Below, in pieces: positions 8,034 to 18,302 of a DNA stretch of 64,000 nt. The stretch comes from Betaproteobacteria bacterium (GTDB taxonomy: Bacteria > Pseudomonadota > Gammaproteobacteria > Burkholderiales > SG8-39). The notes under the pieces were generated by a model that made no database searches, was not told the DNA's origin, and saw nothing but the letters and a program-made list of their open reading frames with translations. Position numbers and translations under genes: made by a program. The stretch covers positions 449 to 64,448 of the forward strand of contig JANXUV010000015.1 in NCBI GenBank assembly GCA_025356085.1, read 5' to 3'. The stretch's first letter is position 1; the number at the start of each line of letters is the position of its first letter.

Positions 8034-10906
8034 ACGCACCGGCATTCCCGGTCAAGGTCGTCGCGGCGAAACCCGGCGATTCGGCGCTCGCCGCGCGCTT
8101 GCGCCGTGAAGTCGACGGCGAAGTTCTATTCGACGCCGCTTCGCGCGGCCGCTATTCGACCGATGCCTCGATCTACCAGATCGAACCGGTTGGCATCGTG
8201 GTGCCGCGCACAGCGGAAGCGGCGCGCATCGCGATGGCCATCGCCGCTGAGCAGGGCGTGCCGATCCTGCCGCGGGGCGCGGGCAGTTCGCAGTGTGGCC
8301 AGGCGGTGGGCGCCGCGCTGATCATCGACGACTCGAAATACCTCAACCGCCTGGTCGAAGTCGATCCCGCCGCGCGCACCGCGCTCGTCCAGCCGGGCAT
8401 CGTGCTCGATGCACTGAACGCCAAATTGCGCGCACACGGATTGTGGTTCCCGGTGGACGTGTCGACCAGCGCGCAGGCGACCCTGGGCGGCATGGCGGGC
8501 AACAACTCCTGCGGCTCGCGCTCGATCGCCTACGGCAACATGGTGCACAACGTGCTCGCGATCGATGCGGTTACCTCCGAGGGCGATCGCTGGCGGTTTG
8601 GGCCTTTGCAGGAAGTTTCTTCCGATAAAAAATTCAAAGAACTGCAGGAAAAGCTGAAGGCGCTGTACGAACGGGAAAAGAGCGAAATCGAGGCACGCTT
8701 TCCCAAGCTGCTGCGCAAGGTCGCCGGCTACAACCTGGATCACCTTGGCCCGCCGCACGCCAATGCCGCGCACTTGCTGGTGGGTTCCGAGGGCACGCTC
8801 GCCTGGTCGGAGCAACTGCTGGTGAAGCTCTCGCCGCTGCCCGCGGCGCGCGCGCTGGGAGTGGTGCACTTTCCGAAGTTCTACACGGCGATGAGCCTGA
8901 CCCAGCACATCGTCAAGCTCGGCCCGTCGGCGGTGGAGCTGGTCGACCGGACCATGATCGGCCTTGCGCGCGAGATCGGCGCATTCCGCAAGACGGTGGA
9001 CGCCTTCATCAGAGGCGAGCCTGATGCGATTCTTCTCGTCGAATTTTCGGGAGAAGACTCTTCCCTGCAACAATCGAGGCTGAAGCAATTGGTCCAATTG
9101 ATGGCGGATCTCGGCCTGCCCGGAAGCGTGGTCGAGATTACCGACGCGCAGCAGCAGAAGGCGTTGTGGGAGGTCCGGAAAGCTGGCCTCAACATCATGA
9201 TGTCGATGAAAGGCGATGGCAAGCCGGTGTCGTTCATCGAGGATTGCGCGGTGCCGCTCGAGCACCTCGCCGAATACACTGACCGGCTCACGCGTGTATT
9301 CGAAAAGCACGGCACGCGCGGCACCTGGTATGCGCACGCGTCGGTCGGTACGCTTCACGTGCGCCCGATACTGGACATGCGGCGCGACGGCGCGGAGAAA
9401 ATGCGCGCCATCGCCGAAGAAGCCTGCGCGATGGTCAAGCAATACAAGGGCGCCTATTCGGGCGAGCATGGCGACGGCCTGGTGCGCTCGGAGTGGATCG
9501 CGCCGTTTTTCGGCCCGCGCCTGATTGCCGCGCTGGGCGAGATCAAATCCTGGATCGATCCGCGCGGCCTGATGAATCCGGGCAAGATCGTCGCGCCGTC
9601 GAAGATGGATGACAAATCCCTGTTCCGCTTCAAGCCCGGATACGCGGCGACGCCGCCAGCGCCGCCGGCGCTCGACTGGTCGGAATGGGGCGGGCTGGAT
9701 AGGGCGGTGGAAATGTGCAACAACAACGGCCACTGCCGCAAGTTCGACGCCGGCACCATGTGCCCGTCCTACCGCGTCACGCAAGACGAGATGCACCTGA
9801 CCCGCGGCCGCGCCAATACGCTGCGCCTTGCGCTCTCGGGACAGCTGGGCGCCGATGCCGATGCTCAGGTGAAGGAGGCGCTGGATCTGTGTGTGTCCTG
9901 CAAGGGTTGCAAGCGCGAATGCCCCACCGGCGTCGACATGGCGCGCATGAAGATCGAGTTCCTTGCGCACTACCGCAAAAGCCACGCCCTGACGCTGCGC
10001 GATCGCGCGATCGCCTGGCTGCCGCGCTATGCGCCGCTCGCCGCCGCCGCCGCGCCGCTGGCGAACCTGGCGATGCGATGGTTCAGCGGGTTCGCCGGCT
10101 TCACCGGCCGCCGGCCGCTGCCGCTGTGGCAGCGCAACCACTTCATCGACCGACCTTGGCCGAAGAGCGGCGAAAGGGAGGTGGTGCTGATGGTGGATAC
10201 CTTCAACCGCTACTTCGAGCCGGAGAACGCGCGCGCGGCGATCCGCGTGCTGCAGTCCGCCGGCTACCGGGTGCACGCGGCGCAGCCGTCGAGGGACGGC
10301 GGCCGGCCGCTATGCTGCGGCCGCACTTTCCTGTCGGCTGGCCTGGTCGAGGAGGCGAAAGCCGAAGCGCGCCGCATGCTGGAGGCGCTTGCGCCCTGGG
10401 TTGCGCACGGCATTCCGGTGATCGGACTCGAGCCTTCATGCCTCTACACGCTGCGCGACGAATACAGCGTGCTGCTCCCGGGAACCGAAGCTTTGGCCAA
10501 ACATGCCGTCCTGTTCGAAGAGTTCCTCTCTGCGGAATCGGACGCGGGGCGCCTGAACCTGAAGCTGAAATCCATCGGCGCACAAGCGCTGCTGCACGGA
10601 CATTGCCACCAGAAGGCCTTCGGCGCGATGTCCGCAGTGGAGAAGACGCTGAAGCTGGTACCGGGCCTTCAGGTACAGACGGTCGAATCCAGTTGCTGCG
10701 GCATGGCGGGCAGCTTCGGCTACGAAGCCGAGCACTACGAGGTGTCGATGAAGATGGGCGAGGCGAGCCTGCTGCCCGCGGTGCGCGGCGCTGCAGCCGA
10801 AACCCTGATTGTCGCCGATGGCACCAGTTGCCGGCACCAGATCGAGCATGGCGCCCAACGCCAGGCCATGCACGTTGCGCGGGTGCTGGAGCGGGCGCTC
10901 GGCTAG
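8030..10906 (+). CDS. FAD-linked oxidase fused to 4Fe-4S and CCG (cysteine-rich) domains, YdiJ / GlcD-GlcF fusion type 2-hydroxyacid dehydrogenase
   Basis: 958 aa with an N-terminal FAD_binding_4-like region. Fe-S motif CVSCKGCKRECP and two CCG motifs (PLCCGRTF, SSCCGMAGSFG) are present. GTGA overlap with the GntR gene. Confidence 0.85.
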   Translation: MNAPAFPVKVVAAKPGDSALAARLRREVDGEVLFDAASRGRYSTDASIYQIEPVGIVVPRTAEAARIAMAIAAEQGVPILPRGAGSSQCGQAVGAALIIDDSKYLNRLVEVDPAARTALVQPGIVLDALNAKLRAHGLWFPVDVSTSAQATLGGMAGNNSCGSRSIAYGNMVHNVLAIDAVTSEGDRWRFGPLQEVSSDKKFKELQEKLKALYEREKSEIEARFPKLLRKVAGYNLDHLGPPHANAAHLLVGSEGTLAWSEQLLVKLSPLPAARALGVVHFPKFYTAMSLTQHIVKLGPSAVELVDRTMIGLAREIGAFRKTVDAFIRGEPDAILLVEFSGEDSSLQQSRLKQLVQLMADLGLPGSVVEITDAQQQKALWEVRKAGLNIMMSMKGDGKPVSFIEDCAVPLEHLAEYTDRLTRVFEKHGTRGTWYAHASVGTLHVRPILDMRRDGAEKMRAIAEEACAMVKQYKGAYSGEHGDGLVRSEWIAPFFGPRLIAALGEIKSWIDPRGLMNPGKIVAPSKMDDKSLFRFKPGYAATPPAPPALDWSEWGGLDRAVEMCNNNGHCRKFDAGTMCPSYRVTQDEMHLTRGRANTLRLALSGQLGADADAQVKEALDLCVSCKGCKRECPTGVDMARMKIEFLAHYRKSHALTLRDRAIAWLPRYAPLAAAAAPLANLAMRWFSGFAGFTGRRPLPLWQRNHFIDRPWPKSGEREVVLMVDTFNRYFEPENARAAIRVLQSAGYRVHAAQPSRDGGRPLCCGRTFLSAGLVEEAKAEARRMLEALAPWVAHGIPVIGLEPSCLYTLRDEYSVLLPGTEALAKHAVLFEEFLSAESDAGRLNLKLKSIGAQALLHGHCHQKAFGAMSAVEKTLKLVPGLQVQTVESSCCGMAGSFGYEAEHYEVSMKMGEASLLPAVRGAAAETLIVADGTSCRHQIEHGAQRQAMHVARVLERALG

Positions 10907-10922
10907 CGTCGCGCGAGCAGCA

Positions 10923-11699
10923 TCACGCGCGCCTCGTGCTCCACCAGAAAAGCGCGATGCCGGCGGCGATCATCGGCACGCTCAGCCATTGGCCCAAGCT
11001 GAGACCGAACGCCAGCAAGCCGAGGAACGCGTCCGGTTCGCGCGCGAACTCGCCGATGAAGCGGGCAACACCATAGCCGATGAGGAACAGAGCGGAAATC
11101 TGCGCCCGCGGCCGCGGCGTAGAGGAGAACCACCATAGCAGCGCAAATAGCGCGAATCCTTCCAGTGCCATCTGGTAGAGCTGCGACGGATGGCGTGGCA
11201 GGTCGCCGGCGCCGCGGAACACCATACCCCAGGGCGCGTCGGTGACGCGCCCCCAGAGTTCGCCGTTGATGAAGTTGCCCAGGCGTCCGGCGGCCAGCCC
11301 GATCGGCACCAGCGGCGCGACGAAATCCATCAGGCTCCACCAGTTGACGCGTTGCCGGTACGCGACGAAAGCCATCGCCGCCAGCACGCCGAGGAAGCCG
11401 CCATGGAACGACATACCACCCTGCCAGACTGCGAAGATTTCGAGCGGGTGGGAAAAGTAGTAGCCCGGCTTGTAGAACAGCACGTAGCCCAGCCGCCCGC
11501 CGAGGATGACTCCGACGATGCCGCCGAACAGCAGGTCGTCCAGCTGCTCCCGCGACACCGGAGCCAGCCCCGCCCGGATGCGGCGCGTGCCGAGCCACCA
11601 GAACGCGGCAAAGGCGAGCAAGTACATCAGGCCGTACCAGCGTACCGCCAGCGGGCCGACCGAGAACACGATCGGGTCGAAATTTGGATGGGTCAGCAT
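10923..11699 (-). CDS. lgt: Phosphatidylglycerol-prolipoprotein diacylglyceryl transferase
   Basis: 258 aa, starting [30 protein letters not shown]..., with GGRLGN and HPSQLY segments typical of Lgt. Confidence 0.95.
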   Translation of the reverse strand: MLTHPNFDPIVFSVGPLAVRWYGLMYLLAFAAFWWLGTRRIRAGLAPVSREQLDDLLFGGIVGVILGGRLGYVLFYKPGYYFSHPLEIFAVWQGGMSFHGGFLGVLAAMAFVAYRQRVNWWSLMDFVAPLVPIGLAAGRLGNFINGELWGRVTDAPWGMVFRGAGDLPRHPSQLYQMALEGFALFALLWWFSSTPRPRAQISALFLIGYGVARFIGEFAREPDAFLGLLAFGLSLGQWLSVPMIAAGIALFWWSTRRA

Positions 11700-11714
11700 G
11701 ATTGCGGCAGCAGA

Positions 11715-12608
11715 TTAGCGTGCAATTCGGCGCGCGTGCTGAACGAATTCGCTGGCAGCGACACCCAATGCGCCGCGCCGCCAGGCGAGCCACAGGTCCA
11801 GGCGGGGATGGGCATCGGCGAGTTCGCGATAGACCACGCCGCGCCGGCCAAGATTGGCGACTGAAGCGGGAACGATGGCGATGCCGAGGCCACTGGATAC
11901 CAGGCTCACCACGGTCTGCATCTGGATCGCCTCCTGCGCGACGCGAGGCGAAAATCCGGCCCGCGCCGCCAGCCGCGCGACGATGTCGTGCAGGCCGGGA
12001 GCGATCGCGCGCGGCGCCATGACGAAGGCTTCGCCTGCCAGGTCGCGCATCGCGACGCGTCCGCGCGATCGGGCCAGGCGATGGCGCGCGGGCAACGCGG
12101 CGACGAAGCGTTCGCGCTGCACCACAATGTGTTCGAGGTAGGCGCCCGGCACCGGCGGCAGCAGCAGTCCGAAATCGAGTTCTCCCGCGGACAGCGCCGC
12201 CGCCTGGTCCGGCGACAGCATTTCGCGCAGCGCCAGATCGACGCCGGGACGCGCCAACTTGTAGGCTTTCAGCAGGCCCGGCAGCACGCCATAGTCGGCC
12301 AGTGAGACGAAGCCGAGGCGCAGCCGCCCGCCGTCGCCCGCAGCCATGCTGCCGACCTCCAGCACCGCGCGCTCGAGCTGCGCCAGCAGCCGCTTGGCTT
12401 TCTCGAGGAAATGCGCACCCTCGGGGGTCAGCTCGACGCGGCGGCGTGTACGCGCGAGCAGTGTCGCGCCGACGCGCGCTTCCAGGTCGCGTATCGAGCG
12501 CGACAGCGGCGGTTGCGAAATGTGCAGCGCCGTCGCAGCGCGGCCGAAGTGCAGCTGCTCGGCGACGGCGATGAAGTGACGCAGCTGGCGCAAGTCGGGA
12601 GTATTCAT
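11715..12608 (-). CDS. LysR family transcriptional regulator
   Basis: HTH segment [38 protein letters not shown] start 12614 is TTG, so ATG 12608 (MNTPDL...) is preferred. Divergent from ilvD. Confidence 0.88.
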   Translation of the reverse strand: MNTPDLRQLRHFIAVAEQLHFGRAATALHISQPPLSRSIRDLEARVGATLLARTRRRVELTPEGAHFLEKAKRLLAQLERAVLEVGSMAAGDGGRLRLGFVSLADYGVLPGLLKAYKLARPGVDLALREMLSPDQAAALSAGELDFGLLLPPVPGAYLEHIVVQRERFVAALPARHRLARSRGRVAMRDLAGEAFVMAPRAIAPGLHDIVARLAARAGFSPRVAQEAIQMQTVVSLVSSGLGIAIVPASVANLGRRGVVYRELADAHPRLDLWLAWRRGALGVAASEFVQHARRIAR

Positions 12609-12621
12609 ACCCAAAAGGTAT
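12607..12621. promoter_or_regulatory. Candidate LysR box (ATACC-N5-GGTAT, fits T-N11-A)
   Basis: Perfect 5-bp inverted repeat overlapping the LysR start codon, in the LysR/ilvD divergent region. Confidence 0.35.
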
Positions 12622-12695
12622 CAATCGAGGACTTTCATTGTATTGGATTGCAACACATGCGGCGGCTTAGACTCGCCGAACCTCAGGAGGAACCC

Positions 12696-14384
12696 ATGAC
12701 CACCCCCAGCAACCGGCGCTCCAAACTCATCACGCACGGCCCGGCGCGATCGCCCAACCGCGCCATGCTGCGCGCGGTCGGCTTCGGTGACGGCGATTTC
12801 GAGAAACCCATCGTCGGCGTCGCCAACGGCCACTCCACCATGAACCCCTGCAATGCCGGCATCCAGCCGCTGGTCGATAGCGCCATGGCCGCCCTGGAGG
12901 CGGCAGGCGCCAAGCCGCAGGTGTTCGGCGTGCCGACCGTTACCGACGGCATCGGCATGGGCACCGAGGCGATGAAGTATTCGCTGGTCTCGCGCGAAGT
13001 CATTGCGGACGCCATCGAGACCTCGGTCAACGGCCAGGCCATGGACGGCGCACTCGTCGTGGGCGGCTGCGACAAGAACATGCCGGGCGGCATGATGGCG
13101 CTCGCGCGCATGAACGTGCCGGGTATCTACGTCTACGGCGGCACCATCAAGCCGGGCAAATGGAAGGGCGTGGACCTCACCATCGTCTCGGCGTTCGAGG
13201 CGGTGGGCGCCTTCAGCGCGGGCAAGATGAGCCAGGAAGACTTCCTCGGCATCGAGAAGAACGCCTGCCCGTCGGTCGGTGCCTGCGGCGGCATGTACAC
13301 CGCCAACACCATGTCGTCGTCGTTCGAGGCGCTCGGCATGAGCCTGCTCGGCTCGTCGCAAATGGCGGCGCCGGATCGCGAAAAGGCGGACTCGGCTGCG
13401 GAATCCGCCAAGGTCCTCGTCGAAGCGATCCGCAGGAATCTCAAGCCGCGCGACATCATCACCCGCAAATCGATCGAGAACGCGATTGCGCTGGTGATGG
13501 CGACGGGAGGCTCGACCAACGCAGTACTGCACTTCCTCGCCATCGCTTCCGCCGCGGAAGTGAAGTGGACCATCGATGATTTCGAGCGGGTGCGCCGCAA
13601 AGTGCCAGTGCTGTGCGACCTGAAGCCCTCAGGAAAATACGTCGCGGTGGACTTCCACCGTGCCGGCGGCGTGCCGCAGGTTCTCAAGATCCTGCTGGCG
13701 AACAGCGTGCTGCACGGCGAGTGCATGACCATCCACGGCAAGACCATGGCCGAGATGCTGAAGGACGTGCCGGCCGAACCGCGCAAGGATCAGGACGTGA
13801 TCCGGCCCTGGTCCAATCCCATCTACAAGCAGGGACACCTCGCAATCCTCAAGGGCAACCTCGCCCCGGAAGGCTGCGTGGCAAAGATCACCGGACTGAA
13901 GAAGATTTCGATTACGGGTCCGGCCCGCGTCTTCGATTCGGAGCCGGCAGCAATGAAGGCGATCCTTGCCAGGAAGATCAAGCCGGGCGACGTGCTCGTC
14001 ATCCGCTACGAAGGTCCCAAGGGCGGACCGGGGATGCAGGAGATGCTTGCGCCGACTTCCGCACTGATCGGGCAGGGCCTGGGCGCATCTGTGGGGCTGC
14101 TGACCGACGGACGTTTCTCCGGCGGCACCTGGGGCATGGTGGTGGGGCATGTCGCGCCCGAAGCCTATGTGGGCGGCACCATCGCGCTGGTGAAAGAAGG
14201 CGATTCCATCACCATCGATGCAAAAAAACTGGTGCTGCAACTGAATGTGCCGGCGAAGGAACTCGCGGCGCGGCGGAAAAAATGGAGGGCGCCGAAGCCA
14301 CGCTACACACGCGGCCTGCTGGCGAAGTACATGCGCCTGGTAAGCACCGCATCGAAAGGAGCGATCACGGATTCGGAAACCTGA
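12696..14384 (+). CDS. ilvD: Dihydroxy-acid dehydratase
   Basis: ORF 12411..14384 trimmed to ATG 12696 ([30 protein letters not shown]...) behind AGGAGG. The GGCDKNMPG motif is present. Confidence 0.95.
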   Translation: MTTPSNRRSKLITHGPARSPNRAMLRAVGFGDGDFEKPIVGVANGHSTMNPCNAGIQPLVDSAMAALEAAGAKPQVFGVPTVTDGIGMGTEAMKYSLVSREVIADAIETSVNGQAMDGALVVGGCDKNMPGGMMALARMNVPGIYVYGGTIKPGKWKGVDLTIVSAFEAVGAFSAGKMSQEDFLGIEKNACPSVGACGGMYTANTMSSSFEALGMSLLGSSQMAAPDREKADSAAESAKVLVEAIRRNLKPRDIITRKSIENAIALVMATGGSTNAVLHFLAIASAAEVKWTIDDFERVRRKVPVLCDLKPSGKYVAVDFHRAGGVPQVLKILLANSVLHGECMTIHGKTMAEMLKDVPAEPRKDQDVIRPWSNPIYKQGHLAILKGNLAPEGCVAKITGLKKISITGPARVFDSEPAAMKAILARKIKPGDVLVIRYEGPKGGPGMQEMLAPTSALIGQGLGASVGLLTDGRFSGGTWGMVVGHVAPEAYVGGTIALVKEGDSITIDAKKLVLQLNVPAKELAARRKKWRAPKPRYTRGLLAKYMRLVSTASKGAITDSET

Positions 14385-14472
14385 GGCGGCCGGCGGCGGT
14401 CAACGGATGGCTATCCGGGGCGTTAATTGCCGGACTGAGGTAGCATTTGCACATCCAATGGACGGGAAACCC

Positions 14473-14784
14473 ATGAAATCACTGATTCTTTCCGCCGCCA
14501 GCCTGGCCCTGAGCCTGGCGCTGCCGGCCCAGGCGAACGAAGAACTCGCCAAGAAGCACCTGTGCACCACCTGCCATGTCGTCAAAGGCACCAAGACCAT
14601 CGGCCCGACCTACGCTGATGTGGCGAAGAAGTACGCCGGCCAGAAGGACGCCGAAGCCAAGCTCGTCGAGAAGGTGAAGAAGGGCGGTACCGGTGTGTGG
14701 GGTCAGGTGCCGATGCCGCCGAATGCTGCGGTGCCCGACGCCGACGTCAAAACGCTGGTCAAGTGGGTGCTGTCGATCAAGTAA
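14473..14784 (+). CDS. Cytochrome c551/c552 (class I, c8 family)
   Basis: Signal peptide MKSLILSAASLALSLALPAQA, heme motif CTTCH, and GVWGQVPMPPN...LVKWVLS as in Pseudomonas c551. The start could also be ATG 14458. Confidence 0.88.
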   Translation: MKSLILSAASLALSLALPAQANEELAKKHLCTTCHVVKGTKTIGPTYADVAKKYAGQKDAEAKLVEKVKKGGTGVWGQVPMPPNAAVPDADVKTLVKWVLSIK

Positions 14785-14812
14785 CCGAGCGCACTTACGA
14801 GGTGCACGAAGA

Positions 14813-14836
14813 GGGCCGGGAAACCGGCCCTTTTTT
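14813..14836 (+). terminator. Rho-independent terminator after cytochrome c551
   Basis: GGGCCGG-GAAA-CCGGCCC followed by TTTTTT. Confidence 0.85.
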
Positions 14837-14879
14837 CGTCCTGCGGTATCATTGGTGCGTTGTTTTCCCGGGAGATTCC

Positions 14880-16199
14880 ATGAGCAAAACGAAGATCGCA
14901 TTGAGCGTGCTTGCCGCCGCTATTGGCCTGATCGGCTGCGGCGAAGAGAAAAAGCCCGCCCCCAAACAGGAAGCCAAGGTCGAGGCGCCGCCGCCTCCGC
15001 CCTCGATCGAAATCAAGATCGGCCATGTCGGACCGCTCACCGGCGGCATTGCCCACCTGGGCAAGGACAACGAGAACGGCGCGCGCCTCGCGATCGACCA
15101 AGCGAACGCGGCCAAGATCAAGATCGGCGGCAAGGACGCGAAATTCGTCCTGGTAGCCGAAGACGACCAGGCAGACCCGAAGGTCGGCACCACGGTCGCG
15201 CAGAAGCTGGTCGATGCCAAGGTCGCGGGCGTGGTCGGTCACTTGAATTCCGGCACCTCGATCCCGGCATCCGACATCTACAACAAGGCCGGCCTGCCGG
15301 TGATTTCCGGCTCGGCGACCAACCCCAAGCTTACCGAGCAGGGCTTTAAAGGCCAGTTCCGTGTAGTCGCGCGCGACGACCAGCAGGGCCCGGCGGTGGC
15401 GAGCTACCTGGCCGCGACCAAGAGCCCGAAGTTGGTCGCGATCATCGACGATGCCACTGCCTACGGCGAAGGCCTCGCCGACGAAGTGGAGAAATCGCTC
15501 AAAGCCGCCAAAGTCAAGGTGCTACCGCGGGAGAAAGGCACCGACAAGACTACTGACTGGAAAGCCATCCTCACCAAGGTGAAGGGCAAGAAAGCCGACG
15601 CGGTGTTCTACGGTGGCATGGACGCCACCGGCGGGCCGCTGCTCAAGCAGGGCCGCGAACTGGGCGTGAAGGCGGTGTTCTCGTTCGGCGATGGCGCTTG
15701 CACCGACGAGATGGTCAAGCTGGCCGGCGCCGCGGCCGAAGGGCTGCTGTGCTCGCAGGCCGGCATCCCGCCGCAGGCCGCGGACAAGAAATTCCTCGAC
15801 GCCTACAAGAAGCAGTTCAACGCCGATCCGATCATCTACGCGCCGTTTACCTACGATGCCGCAAACCTGTTGATCGAGGCGATGAAGAAGGCCAACTCGC
15901 CCGATCCGGCGAAGTACCTGCCGGAGCTGGCGAAGATCGACTACAAGGGCGCCACCGGGAAGATCGCCTTCGACGATAAGGGCGACCGCAAGGATGCGGA
16001 GATCACCATCTTCACCATGAAGGACGGCAAGCTCGCGCCGATCGCCATCATCAAGGGCGGTCAGACGATCTCCTACGAGGATTTTGTCAAGGCATCGGCG
16101 CCGGCCCCGGCGCCCGCTGCGGCTCCGGCTGCCGCGCCCGCCGCTGCGCCTGTCGCGGAACCGGCGAAGGACGCGCCCAAGGAAGAAGCCAAGAAGTAA
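14880..16199 (+). CDS. Branched-chain amino acid ABC transporter substrate-binding lipoprotein (LivK/LivJ family) with Pro/Ala-rich tails
   Basis: ORF 14697..16199 trimmed to ATG 14880. Lipobox LIGC, Leu/Ile/Val-binding-protein-like core (IGHVGPLTGGIAHLGKD...), and C-terminal tail APAPAPAAAPAAAPAAAPVAEPAKDAPKEEAKK. Confidence 0.88.
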   Translation: MSKTKIALSVLAAAIGLIGCGEEKKPAPKQEAKVEAPPPPPSIEIKIGHVGPLTGGIAHLGKDNENGARLAIDQANAAKIKIGGKDAKFVLVAEDDQADPKVGTTVAQKLVDAKVAGVVGHLNSGTSIPASDIYNKAGLPVISGSATNPKLTEQGFKGQFRVVARDDQQGPAVASYLAATKSPKLVAIIDDATAYGEGLADEVEKSLKAAKVKVLPREKGTDKTTDWKAILTKVKGKKADAVFYGGMDATGGPLLKQGRELGVKAVFSFGDGACTDEMVKLAGAAAEGLLCSQAGIPPQAADKKFLDAYKKQFNADPIIYAPFTYDAANLLIEAMKKANSPDPAKYLPELAKIDYKGATGKIAFDDKGDRKDAEITIFTMKDGKLAPIAIIKGGQTISYEDFVKASAPAPAPAAAPAAAPAAAPVAEPAKDAPKEEAKK

Positions 16200-16222
16200 G
16201 CCTGCGCTACCGGCGGGAGAAG

Positions 16223-16249
16223 ACGGCGCCTTCGGGTGCCGTTTTTTTT
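16223..16249 (+). terminator. Rho-independent terminator/attenuator between livK-like and livH
   Basis: ACGGCGCC-TTCG-GGTGCCGT (one G-U pair) followed by a run of eight T. Confidence 0.75.
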
Positions 16250-16266
16250 GCTAGTCTCGGACCGCC

Positions 16267-17244
16267 GTGGACATTTTCGTTCAGCAGCTGGTGAACGGCC
16301 TGACGCTCGGGGCCGTGTACGCCATCGTGGCGCTGGGCTACACCATGGTCTACGGCATCATCCAGCTGATCAATTTCGCGCACGGCGAAGTGGTGATGAT
16401 CGGCGCGATGGTCGCGTTCACGGTGATCAACGCGCTCGCCGCCGGTGGAATGCCGCCGCTGGTGGTGGTGCTGATCGGCACCGGCTGCGCCATCCCGGTC
16501 TGCATGCTGGCCGGCTATGCGATGGAACGGCTGGCCTACCGGCCGCTGCGCAACGCGCCGCGGCTTGCGCCGCTGATTACCGCGATCGGCGTGTCGATCA
16601 TCTTGCAGCACCTGGCGATGCTGGTCTGGAGCCGGAATGTGATGGCTTTTCCGCAGATCATTCCGCTCACCACCTACAACTTCCTCGGCGCGACCATCAC
16701 CGGCGTGCAGATCGCGATTCTCAGCCTGTGTTTTGCGATGATGACCGGACTCGCGCTGCTCGTGTACCGCACGCGGCTCGGCACCGCGATGCGTGCCACC
16801 GCGCAGAATCCCCAGGTCGCGCGGCTGATGGGCGTCGACGTGAATCGCGTCATCGCCGCCACCTTCGTCATTGGAGCGGCCTTGGGCGCGGTCGCGGGCG
16901 TGATGGTCGGCACCTACTATGGCGTCGCGCAATACACCATGGGCTCGGTGCTGGGCATGAAGGCCTTCGCCGCCGCGGTGCTGGGCGGCATTGGCAACAT
17001 CCCGGGCGCCATGATCGGCGGCCTGCTGCTCGGCGTGGTCGAAGCCCTCGGCGCGGGCTACATCGGCGACCTGACCGACTTGTGCCGCTGGGGGATCGGA
17101 CCTGAGGCGAGTTGCGCCGACGGCGGGCATTTCATCCTTTTCGGCTCCAACTACCAGGACGTATTCGCCTTCGTGGTGCTGATCCTGGTGCTGGTGTTTC
17201 GACCGTCGGGACTGCTGGGCGAGCGCGTGGGCGACCGGGCATGA
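16267..17244 (+). CDS. livH: Branched-chain amino acid ABC transporter permease
   Basis: MDIFVQQLVNGLTLGAVYAIVALGYTMVYG... with GTG start. Carries an extra Cys-containing segment near the C-terminus (see findings). Confidence 0.92.
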   Translation: MDIFVQQLVNGLTLGAVYAIVALGYTMVYGIIQLINFAHGEVVMIGAMVAFTVINALAAGGMPPLVVVLIGTGCAIPVCMLAGYAMERLAYRPLRNAPRLAPLITAIGVSIILQHLAMLVWSRNVMAFPQIIPLTTYNFLGATITGVQIAILSLCFAMMTGLALLVYRTRLGTAMRATAQNPQVARLMGVDVNRVIAATFVIGAALGAVAGVMVGTYYGVAQYTMGSVLGMKAFAAAVLGGIGNIPGAMIGGLLLGVVEALGAGYIGDLTDLCRWGIGPEASCADGGHFILFGSNYQDVFAFVVLILVLVFRPSGLLGERVGDRA

Positions 17245-18302
17245 AAGAAGGCGGGCGCAAGGTCTGGATCGGCATCGCGCTGATCGCTGTCGCGCTGCTG
17301 CTGTTGCCGTTCGCGCTCTCGCTGGCCGGCACCGCGTGGGTGCGCATCGCCAACCTCGCGTTGTTATATGTATTGCTCGCGCTCGGGCTGAACATCGTCG
17401 TCGGTTTCGCGGGGCTGCTGGACCTGGGCTATATCGCGTTCTACGCCGTCGGCGCCTACGTCTACGCGCTGCTGGCCAGTCCGCACTTCGGCCTGCATCT
17501 GCCGTTCTGGGTGATCCTGCCCATCGGCGCCGCCGTGGCCGCGCTGTTCGGCGTGATGCTGGGCGCGCCCACGCTCAAGCTGCGCGGCGACTATCTCGCC
17601 ATCGTTACGCTTGGCTTCGGCGAGATCGTGCGGATCTTCCTGAACAACCTGTCGCAGCCGGTGAACATCACGCGCGGACCGCAGGGCATCGCCGGCATCG
17701 ATCCGGTGCGTATCGGCGGGATCGACTTCTCAAAAAGCGACAGCCTGCTCGGCGCGGTCATTAGCGGACCGATGAAGTACTACTACCTGCTGCTCGTCTT
17801 GATGCTGGCCATCGTGCTGATCAACGTTCGCCTGCAGAACTCCCGTATCGGGCGCGCCTGGGAAGCGATCCGCGAAGACGAAACCGCGGCGCGCGCCATG
17901 GGCATCGACACTACCGCGCTGAAACTGCTGGCATTCGCGATGGGCGCGAGCTTCGGCGGCGTCGCGGGCGGCATGTTCTCCGCCATCCAGGGGTTTATCT
18001 CGCCGGAGAGTTTCGTGCTGGTCGAGTCGGTGATGGTGGTCTCGATGGTGGTGCTGGGCGGCATGGGAAACATCGCCGGCGTGATCCTCGGCGCGCTGCT
18101 GCTGTCTTTCGTGCCGGAGGTGCTGCGCTGGACGGTGGAACCGGCGCAGCGCGCGCTGTTCGGCAAGATGCTGATCGAACCCGAAGTGATCCGCATGCTG
18201 ATTTTCGGCCTCGCGCTGGTGCTGGTGATGCTGTTTCGGCCGGCCGGCCTGCTGCCCTCGGCGGTGCGCCGGCGCGAATTGACGGACGACCGTGCTGCTT
18301 GA
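17241..18302 (+). CDS. livM: Branched-chain amino acid ABC transporter permease
   Basis: ORF 17112..18302 trimmed to ATG 17241 (ATGA overlap with livH). Polytopic, with the LDLGYIAFYAVGAY segment. Confidence 0.9.
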   Translation: MKEGGRKVWIGIALIAVALLLLPFALSLAGTAWVRIANLALLYVLLALGLNIVVGFAGLLDLGYIAFYAVGAYVYALLASPHFGLHLPFWVILPIGAAVAALFGVMLGAPTLKLRGDYLAIVTLGFGEIVRIFLNNLSQPVNITRGPQGIAGIDPVRIGGIDFSKSDSLLGAVISGPMKYYYLLLVLMLAIVLINVRLQNSRIGRAWEAIREDETAARAMGIDTTALKLLAFAMGASFGGVAGGMFSAIQGFISPESFVLVESVMVVSMVVLGGMGNIAGVILGALLLSFVPEVLRWTVEPAQRALFGKMLIEPEVIRMLIFGLALVLVMLFRPAGLLPSAVRRRELTDDRAA

